Part shown: in pieces, positions 40,309 to 50,867 of the stretch | Layout of the letters: each line of letters opens with the position of its first letter | Position numbering within the stretch: the first letter of the stretch is position 1 | DNA from: an uncultured cyanobacterium | Lineage (GTDB): Bacteria; Cyanobacteriota; Cyanobacteriia; Leptolyngbyales; Leptolyngbyaceae | Direction of reading: 5' to 3' | Length of the DNA stretch: 64,000 bases | NCBI GenBank assembly: GCA_963766075.1 | Contig: CAVYAN010000013.1 | Location: 1-64,000, forward strand | Made by a program: the position numbers and the translations under genes | The notes under the pieces: model-generated | The model's input: the letters and a program-made list of their open reading frames with translations, nothing else | Told to the model about the DNA's origin: nothing | The model's database searches: none

Positions 40309-41313
40309 ATGGGGATTGTTCACGATATCACGGCGTTGATTGGTCGGACTCCTTTAGTACGGTTGAACAGAATTCCTCAGGCTGAAGGGTGTGTTGCCAG
40401 AATTGTGATTAAGTTAGAAGGCTTAAATCCTTCGGCCTCCGTCAAAGACCGCATCGGGATTGGCATGATTCGGGCCGCTGAAGCAGATGGGCTGATCCAC
40501 CCCACGAAATCGATCTTGGTAGAACCAACTTCTGGCAACACGGGGATCGCCTTAGCCATGGTGGCCGCGGCTAAAGGCTATCGACTGATTCTGACCATGC
40601 CGGAAACCATGAGCAAAGAACGGCAACTAATGTTGAAAGGGTTTGGCGCAACCTTGGAGCTGACTCCAGGCCCGGAAGGCATGCAAGGCGCGATCGCTCG
40701 GGCCGAAAAAATTGTCGCTACCCTGCCCAATGCCTTGATGTTGCAGCAATTTTGCAATCCCGCCAATCCACGGGCCCATCGGGAAACCACCGCCGAAGAA
40801 ATTTGGGTTGATACAGCGGGCGATGTGGATATAGTCGTGGCCGGTGTGGGCACTGGGGGCACCATCACCGGCATCGCCGAAGCCCTCAAGGCACGCAAAC
40901 CGGACTTTCGCGCCATTGCCGTGGAACCGGCCAACAGCGCTATTTTAGGTGGCGGTGCACCGGGAGAGCACAAGATTCAGGGCATTGGGTCCGGGTTTAT
41001 CCCGTCGGTATTACGCGTTGAGCTAATTGATGAAGTGATTTCGGTGACGGATGAAGATGCGATCTCTTACAGCCGCAAACTCGCCCAGGAAGAAGGGATT
41101 CTGTCCGGGATCTCCACTGGAGCCGCACTCTGGGCCGCCTTACAGGTGGGCAAACGTACCGAAAATGCCGACAAACTAATTGTCGTGGTACAGCCCAGCT
41201 ATGGCGAACGCTATCTCAGTACGCCCTTGTTCCAAGAGTTGGGGACAGGCACGCTGGGGGTAACTAATGGCTATCGCAACCCGACCCTGACAGGTTCTCA
41301 GGTTTCTCAATAG
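40309..41313 (+). CDS. cysK: Cysteine synthase A
   Basis: PLP lysine in SVKDRIG, plus [15 protein letters not shown] and HKIQGIG motifs. AGGAGG RBS. Confidence 0.96.
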   Translation: MGIVHDITALIGRTPLVRLNRIPQAEGCVARIVIKLEGLNPSASVKDRIGIGMIRAAEADGLIHPTKSILVEPTSGNTGIALAMVAAAKGYRLILTMPETMSKERQLMLKGFGATLELTPGPEGMQGAIARAEKIVATLPNALMLQQFCNPANPRAHRETTAEEIWVDTAGDVDIVVAGVGTGGTITGIAEALKARKPDFRAIAVEPANSAILGGGAPGEHKIQGIGSGFIPSVLRVELIDEVISVTDEDAISYSRKLAQEEGILSGISTGAALWAALQVGKRTENADKLIVVVQPSYGERYLSTPLFQELGTGTLGVTNGYRNPTLTGSQVSQ

Positions 41314-41359
41314 GGGTTCCCCCAACAGCTATTTCTTATGTAAGGTGATGTGAGGAAGT

Positions 41360-42166
41360 ATGAAAGTGACTCAAAAACACAACTCGACGATCTGGGCGCG
41401 ATCGCTCGTGGGCCTGGGCGCGATCGCCCTGACTGCTTGCACACAAGCCCTCGATACGTCCCAACTCGAAACCGACATTCGGCAAGCCATTCGGCAACAG
41501 GGTGGCAGCACACTCAAAGCCGTCACCTGTCCCAAAAACATTCAGCCCGTCGCCGGGAAACACTTTGACTGTATCGGCGAACTTGACTCCGGTGATGCGC
41601 TGGCGATCCCCGTCCAGCAGACGGCTCCGGGGAAGACCACCTGGGAGGTTCCCAATGCCAAGGGGTTACTCAACTTGGATCAACTGGCAGCCCTTTTTCA
41701 GCAAACGTTGCAGCAGGAAGGAAAACCCCTGACGGTGAACTGCGGTTCGGGCTATCGTTCTGTTCGACCGGGCGATAGTTTTGAATGCAAAGTCAAGCTT
41801 CCACCCAAGCCGAAACCGGGGCAATCCCCCGACAAGCAACCGGAAAAATCGGCTCAATCCGAATCCGGTGCGACACCAGACGCAGGGGCGATCGCCGTCA
41901 ATCAATCCCCATCGCCCAATCCGCCCAAATCCTCCAACTCGCTAAAGTCCCCTAAATCACCGGAGTTAATTACGGTGATGGTTGACCCCCAGGGCAATAT
42001 CAACTGGCAACAGGTCTTTCCGGCTTCGATCCAAGTTGCCGCCGCTAGTTCCACATCACTCGCTGCTGTCCCCGAAGCCTCCAAGTCTGACCCTGTTCAG
42101 GCCGCAGAGAATCGCAAAAATCTTTCAACGGAAGCACTGAACGACGTAGAACAGCGATCGGATTAG
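41360..42166 (+). CDS. DUF4333-like lipoprotein
   Basis: Lipobox LTAC, two Cys-paired repeats (VTCP..GKHFDC; VNCG..GDSFEC) and a Pro/Ser-rich region. Confidence 0.7.
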   Translation: MKVTQKHNSTIWARSLVGLGAIALTACTQALDTSQLETDIRQAIRQQGGSTLKAVTCPKNIQPVAGKHFDCIGELDSGDALAIPVQQTAPGKTTWEVPNAKGLLNLDQLAALFQQTLQQEGKPLTVNCGSGYRSVRPGDSFECKVKLPPKPKPGQSPDKQPEKSAQSESGATPDAGAIAVNQSPSPNPPKSSNSLKSPKSPELITVMVDPQGNINWQQVFPASIQVAAASSTSLAAVPEASKSDPVQAAENRKNLSTEALNDVEQRSD

Positions 42167-42239
42167 TGACCAGTAGGTCATAAATTTCACCAGGGTCTTG
42201 CGTTGCCACGGAAACTATGAGATTCTCCTAAGTTAGAGA

Positions 42240-42271
42240 ATCTACTACATCTATATCTAATTACCGTAGAT
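42240..42271. promoter_or_regulatory. Putative sulfur-regulon box 2, upstream of the TonB-like/exbBD unit
   Basis: ATCTACTACATCTATATCTAATTACCGTAGAT (TAC-N20-GTA). Confidence 0.68.
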
Positions 42272-42462
42272 TTATTAAATAGGAAATCTGGCATGGCGCG
42301 GCTTCTTTCTTTCGACGGTGAAAACCGCGCTCTGTTTGATCAAATTTACACCTCCGCGCGCTAGTAACCTCCAGGGATGACCGGCCTATGCCTGTCCTGT
42401 GTTCAAGATTGGGGGGTGATCTCCCCTCTGTGTCAACTTTATGCTCTGCTCACCTGTCTAGG

Positions 42463-43644
42463 ATGGAAGGAAAGCCCTTGTCTGCTCCAGAGAAACATCT
42501 ACAACCGCCCCATGGCAACCCAGAATCGCAGGATTTCGGGGGAGGTGCGATCGCCTCTATAAGTACGCCCGATCGCCTGCTGGAGGATGGGGCGACTGAG
42601 GGGCGATCGCCCTCTGCTGACATCCTGGAAGAATTCCCCGATGGAATTCAGCCTCTGTTTCCGATTCCCAAGTCGGCGGGGGGAGCCTCGCGGTGGATTT
42701 GGCTTGTGGCCTTGGTTTCAGCAGGGCTACATGGGGGCTTGATGCTGATTCCCACGGGGGAAGAATCGAAGCCACCGCCGCCTAAATCGTCCGAGCAACA
42801 GATTCGGATTACGCAATTACCCAACCTGACGAAGCAGCCAACGGTGAAACCTACGGCTAAACCTGTGGTCAAGGTCACTCCAGCGAGTACACCGCCCACA
42901 ACTCCGCCACTGCCCGTTGTCCAAGCCTCAGCGCCCCCGGCATCCACCGCTTTGCCCCCGGAGGGCACGACTGGAGAGAATCCCTGGAAAGACTTTCCTC
43001 TCTATCCCGGTTCGACGCCGGGATGTTTTGGGTTGTCGTCCTGTCTAGAAGCCAGTGTGGTGTTAAGTCAAGTGTCGTCTCACTTTGCCAGCCAACTCCC
43101 TATTCGCAAATATGAAGTCAAGCGGACTGTGCAGGAAACGGGGCGAGAAGTCTACCAAGTCTCTCGCAATGGGCTGTCTCAGTACCTCAGCATTATTGAG
43201 AATGGTAAAAATACAGTCTATGTGCTGTCTGATGCGCCCCGCACACTAGAGGATCTGGAAAAAGCCGTAGAGGTGCCTCCCGAAATCCTCAGCATTCTCG
43301 TATCCCTGGCGGTACAAAAAGCCGATGCGACGTATTTCGCTCAGCCGGATCAGTTCTATAGCAAGGCGGATGCTAAGAGCTTGAGTCCCGGGGCCTTGGT
43401 GCCGCGATCGGGGATTAGCAACATCAGTCTGGTCACAGGTCAAGCCGCAGACACAATGATGGATGAGTTTCTGCGTTCTAATCTGCAAAACAACGAATTT
43501 GAAGTGACGGATCTACCGCAAAAGTATGGTGGCGGACCGGTGTATAAATTGCAAAAAGCCAGCCAAACCCTATATCTCAACCTCATTCCAACTAAAGATA
43601 ATAGCGGCACGTTGCTTGTGTTCTGGAAAACACCGCCCAGTTAA
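42463..43644 (+). CDS. TonB/TolA-like membrane-anchored Pro-rich protein with an atypical C-terminal region
   Basis: TM helix with the SxxxH motif (LVSAGLHGG), Pro/Lys/Thr-rich linker, located directly upstream of exbB/exbD. Confidence 0.6.
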   Translation: MEGKPLSAPEKHLQPPHGNPESQDFGGGAIASISTPDRLLEDGATEGRSPSADILEEFPDGIQPLFPIPKSAGGASRWIWLVALVSAGLHGGLMLIPTGEESKPPPPKSSEQQIRITQLPNLTKQPTVKPTAKPVVKVTPASTPPTTPPLPVVQASAPPASTALPPEGTTGENPWKDFPLYPGSTPGCFGLSSCLEASVVLSQVSSHFASQLPIRKYEVKRTVQETGREVYQVSRNGLSQYLSIIENGKNTVYVLSDAPRTLEDLEKAVEVPPEILSILVSLAVQKADATYFAQPDQFYSKADAKSLSPGALVPRSGISNISLVTGQAADTMMDEFLRSNLQNNEFEVTDLPQKYGGGPVYKLQKASQTLYLNLIPTKDNSGTLLVFWKTPPS

Positions 43645-43710
43645 TCATCCTTTCATTAGTTAATTCGCCCTCGTCCTGACTTCCCTGTTTATCCTTCTTC
43701 CTCTCCTCCT

Positions 43711-44398
43711 ATGTCTACTGTCTTTACCTAATTTCCAAAGGTGGTCCCGTTATGATTCCGGTGGTGGGACTGTCGATCGCCACCTTTGCTTCTGCGATGG
43801 AACGGGCCATTTTTTGGTTTCGGGTGCTCCGTGTAGAAAACAAGATTGTGCATGAGGTGCTGAATGCGGCCCACTACAACTTGGAAGCGGCGGCGGCGAT
43901 CGCCTATAAAGCTCAAAATCAACCGATTGGCCGCTTTCTATTTTCGGCGTTGCAGTTGCAAGATCCCACGCCTGAGACCTTTCGGCTAGCGTTGCAAACT
44001 GCTGGAGAGGATGAGTTTGTCCAGATGCGACGGGGTAATCGGCTGCTGGAAACTGTGGTAGCGATCGCGCCGCTGCTGGGTTTGCTGGGCACCGTCAGTG
44101 GTCTGATTCTAACCTTTGCAAATTTAAAACTGGCGGGGGTGGCTCTTCGGTGGATACCTCCAAAGCAGCGGCAGGGATTGGGGAAGCCTTGGTGACCACG
44201 GCGGGCGGTATGGTGGTGGCGATTATTGCCCTGGCTTTTTTACGAGTCAACACCACCTTGCAGGGCAAACAGGTGGAGTATTTCGCGAAGGTCGCGGGTC
44301 GGCTAGAGCTCATTTATCGTCATATTTGGTATGAGCGATCGCCGGTTGATGATGGGCGTAATCCATGGCGATCGCGATTTGCCAATCGCGAAGTGTAA
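43711..44398 (+). pseudogene. exbB: ExbB/TolQ/MotA proton-channel protein with two single-base deletions (~43726 and 44126-44129)
   Basis: KGGPVMIP, APLLGLLGTVSGLI and GIGEALVTTAGGMVVAI lie in successive frames. Adding 2 nt restores about 229 aa. Confidence 0.8.
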
Positions 44399-44466
44399 TC
44401 GCAAAGTATCACGCTCTCACGGACTATGTCTCGCCCATTTCCATCCCTCTTCTCCGCACACTGCCC

Positions 44467-44877
44467 ATGTCTTACTTCAACTCTTCCAAATCCGAATCGC
44501 AGATTCCAGAGGTAAATCTGGTGCCCATGATGGATGTGATTATGACGATCCTCACGTTCTTTATCATTGTTTCCATGACCATGACGGATTTTCAATCGGT
44601 GAATGTGCCGTTACCCAAAACAGAGAAGGGCGCGAGTAAGGACAAGGTCCCCGATCCGATGGTTGTGGCTTTGAATCAGCAGGGACAGATTTTGCTCAAA
44701 AATCAAAATACCACCCCTGAGCAATTGGCTCAGCAGGTGGTGGCGTACCTGAACCAAAATCCAAAGGGTGCCGTTGTGCTGAAAGCCGATCGCACATTGT
44801 CCTACGAGAAAGTGGTACAGGTGCTGGGGACAATTCGGGATGTAGGCGGCGATCGAGTTTCCTTGGCGATTGAATAG
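44467..44877 (+). CDS. exbD: Biopolymer transporter ExbD/TolR
   Basis: EVNLVPMMDV (conserved Asp) and LKADRTLSYEKVVQV. Confidence 0.9.
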   Translation: MSYFNSSKSESQIPEVNLVPMMDVIMTILTFFIIVSMTMTDFQSVNVPLPKTEKGASKDKVPDPMVVALNQQGQILLKNQNTTPEQLAQQVVAYLNQNPKGAVVLKADRTLSYEKVVQVLGTIRDVGGDRVSLAIE

Positions 44878-44898
44878 TCGGTTTGTCCCTGAATAATC

Positions 44899-46059
44899 TC
44901 AGTTCCTCTGCGCTCCTCTACTCACCAAAAACAACACAGGAATGGCGGCAAACTGAATCAGGACTGAAAAGATGGCCAGTGCAGGCAGCGAAAAATCATA
45001 CAAGACTCCCATCAAGGCGCTACCTGCAAACCAGGCAAGTCCATAGCCTGTGTTGAAGATGCCATAGGCAGACCCGCGACGCTCTGGCCGCACAATTCCC
45101 GCGACAGCGGCTTTCATAATCGATTCTTGCGCGCCCATGCCAATGCCCCACAGCACCATACCTGCGATCGCCAGTTGAAAATTGCCTAAAAAGACAAGCG
45201 GGGCAAAGAATAAGGAGAGGACAACGGCTAACATCAAGCTGCGTAGCCCAATGCGGTCAAACCATCGCCCAAAGAGCAACGCCGCGATCGCATCCACACC
45301 CATTGCCAGTGCATAGAGCAGGGGGATTTGGCTCCCTGTGTGCGTTCCTGTTTTCTGCAAGTGAAAGGCAATTAGGGGGAAATCTGCATAGCCTGCTGCA
45401 ACTAACGCGATCGCTCCTAGATACAGCCAAAAGCGATGCGGTAAGCCCTCGGTCTGTAAATCGGCTGGGGAGGGTGGCTCAAAATCACGTGGGTTGGGAT
45501 AAATCCACTGCACAATCAGCAGTATAAGTAAGCCAATCACCGCCGGAATCACCAGAATGGCAAAGCCACCGCGATAACCATATTGCCAGGACAGCATTGC
45601 CGCGACCATCAAGGGTCCTGCTACGGCACCAATTTGATCCATCGCCTCATGCAGACCAAAGCCAAACCCTCGCCCCACTTGCATTGCGGCATGAGACAAC
45701 AGCACATCGCGGGGAGGCGTGCGAATCGCTTTGCCCGTGCGCTCTGCAATCATCAGACTGGCAGCCGCTTGCCAGGTCCCGGTTAAGGCGAGTAGCGGCA
45801 CAACCGCTGTGTTGATAAAATAGCCCAGCGTTGTAATGCGCCAATATTGACGGGTGCGGTCACTGAGATAGCCAATAACCAGGCGCAACCCATAGCCGAT
45901 TAACTCACCTAAGCCTGCAACCATGCCAACAATGGCGCCACTTGCGCCCAAGCTGCCCAGATATGCCCCTGTAATACTGCGTGCTCCTTCGTAGGTAGCA
46001 TCGGCACAGAGGCTTACGGCTCCCAGGAAGATTACAAACCATAAGGCAGAGTTTTTCAT
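44899..46059 (-). CDS. MFS transporter
   Basis: DATYEGARS, GYLSDRT, ERTGKAIRTPPRD and GFGLHEAMDQIGA motifs; about 12 TM. Confidence 0.88.
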   Translation of the reverse strand: MKNSALWFVIFLGAVSLCADATYEGARSITGAYLGSLGASGAIVGMVAGLGELIGYGLRLVIGYLSDRTRQYWRITTLGYFINTAVVPLLALTGTWQAAASLMIAERTGKAIRTPPRDVLLSHAAMQVGRGFGFGLHEAMDQIGAVAGPLMVAAMLSWQYGYRGGFAILVIPAVIGLLILLIVQWIYPNPRDFEPPSPADLQTEGLPHRFWLYLGAIALVAAGYADFPLIAFHLQKTGTHTGSQIPLLYALAMGVDAIAALLFGRWFDRIGLRSLMLAVVLSLFFAPLVFLGNFQLAIAGMVLWGIGMGAQESIMKAAVAGIVRPERRGSAYGIFNTGYGLAWFAGSALMGVLYDFSLPALAIFSVLIQFAAIPVLFLVSRGAQRN

Positions 46060-46485
46060 GGATTTATCGCCAGTCGTTTGTATGTGTGATTAATTGTCCC
46101 TATGCTTTGTCCCGATCAATCGGTTGATGACTTGTTACAGTGGTGCAATCGTCATACAGAGGTAAGTCTTCACCCCGGATCCACACAACTCTGACCTGTT
46201 TACCCCTCATAAGTGACTCTAGATAGATAAAAACTAAGTCTAAACGCTGAAAGACTTTCAGGCTATCCCATCTAAAATATACACCTCATTGTCAAATGCC
46301 TTCAAATATCGAAAATAAAGAGTAAATGCCAGGACTCAAGCTGGATAGAGGTTTGATTATTTCTGACTGAATTTGCTCTTCCTAAAGTGACTCAAGAGGG
46401 GTGATTCCCTATTTAAGGTTTGACGAAATCCGATTTCTATCTAATTTGTCTGGGTACTTTTTTCTGTTTAATTTGAATCTCCTGT

Positions 46486-47337
46486 TTAATTTGAATCTCC
46501 TAAATGTCGTAACACCTCTTGACAGACAAGGGTGAGCAGTGCAATCAGAGTGAGCAAAGATGCACAGGCAAAGGCAGCTACGGTTTGGTATTCCATATAC
46601 ACGCGCTCAATGTGCAGCGTGAGCGTATTGGTTTCGTGAATGATTTTGCCAGACACAACCGCAACAGCCCCAAACTCGCCCAAGGCCCGCGCTGTGCACA
46701 ACACGACACCATACAAAACCGCCCAGCGAATATTTGGCAGGACCACCCGCCAGAACGTTTGCCAGGAATTCGCCCCCAGGGTTTGGGCCGCTTCTTCCTG
46801 CTCTGCACCCATACTTTCTAGGGCGGGCAGCACTTCCCGCACCACAAAGGGTAGGGTGATAAACAGCGTCACCAAAATCATGCCCGGTAGAGCAAAGATA
46901 ATTTTCACGTTCAGGGCCAAGACCCAAGTCTGAAACAGACTATCCGTCTGGCTGTACAACAGGATAAACATCAACCCAACAATCACCGGAGAGATGGTCA
47001 AGGGCAGATCAATTAAGCCGAGGATTAGGGATTTTCCGGGAAAGCGGTGGCGGGCCAGCAACCACGCGGTGAAGATGCCAAAGGCAGTGTTGATCGGCAC
47101 CGTTGCCAGCATAATCACCAGCGTTAGCCCGATCGCATGCAGGGCATCTGGATCCTGCAAACTGGTGCTGTACGCCACCAGCCCCTGGGCCAATGCCTGG
47201 TAAAAGATATTCACCAAGGGCAATCCCACCACGATGCCCAGAAATCCCAGTCCCACAGCATTGAGGAGATATTCTCCCCACCGGGTAGACCGCGCCGCTT
47301 TGCTCATCCCGGCCGCTTTGGCAATCCTATTCAGCAT
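46486..47337 (-). CDS. cysW: Sulfate ABC permease CysW
   Basis: IDLPLTISPVIVG, EEAAQTLGA, ARALGEFGAV and TLTLHIE motifs. Confidence 0.9.
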   Translation of the reverse strand: MLNRIAKAAGMSKAARSTRWGEYLLNAVGLGFLGIVVGLPLVNIFYQALAQGLVAYSTSLQDPDALHAIGLTLVIMLATVPINTAFGIFTAWLLARHRFPGKSLILGLIDLPLTISPVIVGLMFILLYSQTDSLFQTWVLALNVKIIFALPGMILVTLFITLPFVVREVLPALESMGAEQEEAAQTLGANSWQTFWRVVLPNIRWAVLYGVVLCTARALGEFGAVAVVSGKIIHETNTLTLHIERVYMEYQTVAAFACASLLTLIALLTLVCQEVLRHLGDSN

Positions 47338-48231
47338 CGGGACCTTCCCAACGATGGCTCCAGGCTTGCACCAGATTGGCGCATCCCAGCAATAGCAATG
47401 ACAACGTCAGGAGGACGATTGCCACCGCCGTTGCCCCACTGTAGTCAAATTCTTCCAATCGTTGAAAGATATAGACCGTTGATACGAGGGTTACAAAGGG
47501 CGTGTTGCCTGAAATCATAAAAATAATGCCAAACTCACCAATACCGCGGGCGATCGCTAACGTAAATCCGGTCAAAATCGCGGGTAATAGCTGGGGAAAG
47601 AGAATCCGCCAGAAGGTTTGCCATGTCCCCGCCCCCAGGGTATGGGCGACTTCCTCGATCTCCGGTTCCACTCCAATAAAACGGGCTGTACGGTGCGAAC
47701 AACAAACGGTAAGGATGAAAAAACCTGCGCCAAGAGCACGCCCCAAAATGAAGCCGTGAGATTGACTTCGGTGATGCCAAACCGCTGGAAAAAATTAGCC
47801 AAGGGCGTTTCCGGATCCAGAAACTGCCCCAGCGCCCCACCCGGACCATACAGGGTCAGCAAGGTGATACCTGCAACCACACCCGGAACAGCAAACGGGA
47901 GATCGACTAATCCATCCGCCAGCCGTCGCCCGGGAAACCGATGGCGCACCAAAATCCAGGCCAGAATAAACCCAAACACGCTGTTAATCAAGGCCGCCAT
48001 GAAGGCACTGAAAAAGGTCAGGCCATAGGCATGGACGGCAATGGGATGGGTGACCAATGCCCACAGATCGGTGAGCGGACGCTGTGACGCTTTCCAGAAG
48101 AGACTGGCGATCGGCAACAGCACCATCAAGCCCAAGTAGGTAAACACCATTCCCCAGCCGAGAAACGCGGCGTGGGGGCGCACGGCATGGATGTTGGCAG
48201 GTGTGACCGTTGGGGACATCAGAGATTTCAT
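47327..48231 (-). pseudogene. cysT: Sulfate ABC permease CysT with one single-base deletion (~47670)
   Basis: VDLPFAVPGVVAG and LPFVVRTVQPVL, then EPEIEEVAHTLGA..ARGIGEFG in the next frame. Adding 1 nt restores about 301 aa. Confidence 0.85.
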
Positions 48232-48241
48232 GGGCGATCGC

Positions 48242-49255
48242 CTATTGACCCACTGCCGCTCGTTGGGCTACGTCAAACAACGCACCATCGGCAAACACAT
48301 CCCGATTCACCTGTTTCCACCCGCCAAAATCTGCAACGGTATAGAGCTTTTGCACCGGTTGGTACTGCTTTTGGAATTGCTGATAAACGGCGCGATCGCG
48401 GGGACGATACCCCACCTGGGCAAAGATTTGCTGCGCCTTAGGGGTGAACAGGAACTGGGTAAAGGCTTCGGCGACAGGCCGCGTCCCCCGCTTGTCTACG
48501 ACTTTATCGACCACGGTGACGGGGAAATCCACTTGGACATTGGGGGACGGGGCAATGTAGGGAAAGTCGCGGGGAATGACATCGTTGGTGAAAATAATTT
48601 CATTCTCAAAGTTGATCATGACATCGCCTAAGCGATTCCGAATAAACGTGTCCGTAGCCTCTCGCCCGCTATTGACGAGGGATTTACTGTTTTTGACTAA
48701 CCCGTTCAGGTATGCGCGCGCTTTTTCCGGGCCTTGGGCTTTGAGAATGGAGCGATATCCCGCCAGGATGCCCCAGCGAGCATTGCCGGAAGTTTTGGGA
48801 TTAATCGCCACCAGGTGGATGTCGTTACGGGTTAAGTCTTGCCAAGTACGCAACTGCTTGGGATTACCGGGACGGGTCACCAGCACCATCACGCTGGTCA
48901 TGGGAATGCTATTGTTGGGCAAACGTTTCTGCCAATTGGCATTGACAAAACCGTTCTCAACCAATAAGTCAACAGCAAACTGGGTATTAATCGCAAAAAT
49001 ATCGGCATCCAGGCCCGCCAGAATCGATCGCGCCTGGGGGATCGTTGGCCCGTAGGATTCTTTGAAAGTGACGGTTTGCCCGGTTTTCTCCTTCCAGTAC
49101 TTTTGAAATTCTGGAATAATTCGAGAATAGGCAGGCTTGGCCACGTTGTAGCTCACCAGGGTCAGTTCCACAGGTGCAGGGGTTTGGGCAAAGCTGGGCA
49201 GAACCACCGAGAGTGATCCCACTAAACCGAGTAAAACATGACGACGTTTGATCAT
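48242..49255 (-). CDS. sbp: Sulfate/thiosulfate ABC substrate-binding protein (divergent)
   Basis: LTLVSY, RPGNPK, NPKTSGNARW, GREAT, FENE and FGGW motifs; upstream of cysT/cysW. Confidence 0.88.
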   Translation of the reverse strand: MIKRRHVLLGLVGSLSVVLPSFAQTPAPVELTLVSYNVAKPAYSRIIPEFQKYWKEKTGQTVTFKESYGPTIPQARSILAGLDADIFAINTQFAVDLLVENGFVNANWQKRLPNNSIPMTSVMVLVTRPGNPKQLRTWQDLTRNDIHLVAINPKTSGNARWGILAGYRSILKAQGPEKARAYLNGLVKNSKSLVNSGREATDTFIRNRLGDVMINFENEIIFTNDVIPRDFPYIAPSPNVQVDFPVTVVDKVVDKRGTRPVAEAFTQFLFTPKAQQIFAQVGYRPRDRAVYQQFQKQYQPVQKLYTVADFGGWKQVNRDVFADGALFDVAQRAAVGQ

Positions 49256-49547
49256 AGGGCTCCTGTGGGTGTTGCCATCTGGATTGGGAAATGTTTTTGT
49301 GCCGCGAGGCTAGGTTGAAAATGCAAAATTAAAAATGCTCTAGCAACGCGGCACGAGGTGCTATTAAAAATGCTCTAGCGTAGGCTGCACCGTTGCGATG
49401 GGAGTCCGCAGGACTCATTAGGATTAAAATCCTGTAATTTCATTCTGGTGAACTTAGGCTCTGACGATGGCTCTGACGGCTCGAGGACGGGCGTTATAGC
49501 AGGGTCGCTATGGCAATCGGGCAACCCGAAAACCGCATCGCATCGCA

Positions 49548-49579
49548 AACTACGGTTTGTCGATAGACTTGCAGATGTA
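49548..49579. promoter_or_regulatory. Putative sulfur-regulon box 3, upstream of sbp-cysT-cysW
   Basis: AACTACGGTTTGTCGATAGACTTGCAGATGTA: left arm and TCGATAGA core match the consensus, right arm is degenerate. Confidence 0.6.
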
Positions 49580-49665
49580 TAGAATTCTACGGAGAGGGTT
49601 GGGCACTGTCAAGCCGAATGCTGTAAATCGTCCCAAAATGTTAGATCAGGTTAGATTGGCAGTTT

Positions 49666-50742
49666 TCACCGCTGTCTAGGAGTTTGAAAGGTGGTGGCGA
49701 TCGCGATGGCCATCTGCTGAAAAACCTGTCCTGCCGGAGCGGTGGGAATGGATAGGGTGATCGGTTGCCCGGTGTCGCCGCCCGTGGCAATGCACGGATC
49801 AATCGGCACCTGGCCCAGTAATGCCGTCTGCAATTCCGTGGCGAGCTGTTGTCCGCCGCCGCTGCCGAAGATTGGCGTGGGGTGGCCGCAGCGATCGCAC
49901 AGCAGATAGCTCATGTTTTCCACAATGCCCAACACCGGAATGCCCACCTGCCGAAACATGTGAATACTGCGCCGGACATCGGCCACCGCCACTTGCTGCG
50001 GCGTCGTCACCAGAATCACGCCGCAAATCGGGCTTTCCTGAACGATGGTAATTTGGGCATCCCCCGTACCGGGCGGTAGATCGATGAGCAAAAAGTCCAG
50101 GTCGCCCCAGTCCACTTGGTGAATAAACTGCGTAATGATCTTGTGCAGTACGGGGCCGCGCCACGCCAGGGGATGATCCGGTGCTGCCAATAACCCCACG
50201 GACATGACCTTGATCCCGTGGGCCTGCAAGGGTAAAAATCGTTGCCCCGCCGGGGTATCCACAACCTGCACATCGGCCTGTCCCAACCCCAGCATCTGGG
50301 GCACATTGGGGCCGTAGACATCGGCATCGAGCAGACCCACCTTTGCCCCTTGTTGCTGCAAGGCGGCGGCTAAATTCACGGCCACGGTAGATTTGCCCAC
50401 GCCACCCTTGCCGCTGGAAATCGCTAGGGTCACTTTGACCTGCGGAATGGTACAGGTCTGGATGTAGGTCTTTTTGCACCAGGTGAGATCGGCTAATGCG
50501 GTTTGGATGCGATCGCGAAATTCCTCCTGATGCGCCCCGATATATAGGCGCAGATACAAATAATCATCCACAACGTTCAGGTTTCGCACCATGCCTAGAC
50601 TCACGACATCGTTCTGAAGAACCGGCTCTTGAACAGTTTTGAGACAGGCGATCGCGTCTTGTTGGCGAGCCGATACGATGGCTTCAGAGACGGGCGTCGG
50701 TAAGGGTTCTGACGATGAATGAGTGTCGGGGTAAAATGGCAT
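49666..50742 (-). CDS. mrp: Mrp/NBP35 (ApbC) iron-sulfur cluster carrier ATPase
   Basis: N-terminal DUF59-like domain, SGKGGVGKST, DADVYGPN, DLPPGTGD and ENMS..CDRC motifs. Confidence 0.93.
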   Translation of the reverse strand: MPFYPDTHSSSEPLPTPVSEAIVSARQQDAIACLKTVQEPVLQNDVVSLGMVRNLNVVDDYLYLRLYIGAHQEEFRDRIQTALADLTWCKKTYIQTCTIPQVKVTLAISSGKGGVGKSTVAVNLAAALQQQGAKVGLLDADVYGPNVPQMLGLGQADVQVVDTPAGQRFLPLQAHGIKVMSVGLLAAPDHPLAWRGPVLHKIITQFIHQVDWGDLDFLLIDLPPGTGDAQITIVQESPICGVILVTTPQQVAVADVRRSIHMFRQVGIPVLGIVENMSYLLCDRCGHPTPIFGSGGGQQLATELQTALLGQVPIDPCIATGGDTGQPITLSIPTAPAGQVFQQMAIAIATTFQTPRQR

Positions 50743-50867
50743 GGAATGGCATTTATTTGAGTTTGCTGAGTATAAAGTTAGTTGCCAGGTCACCCACCTA
50801 GCTACGAATCACAGAATAGAACGAATCATAAAAATGAGATGGATGTTTTTCGGCTCTCTCGGAACGG

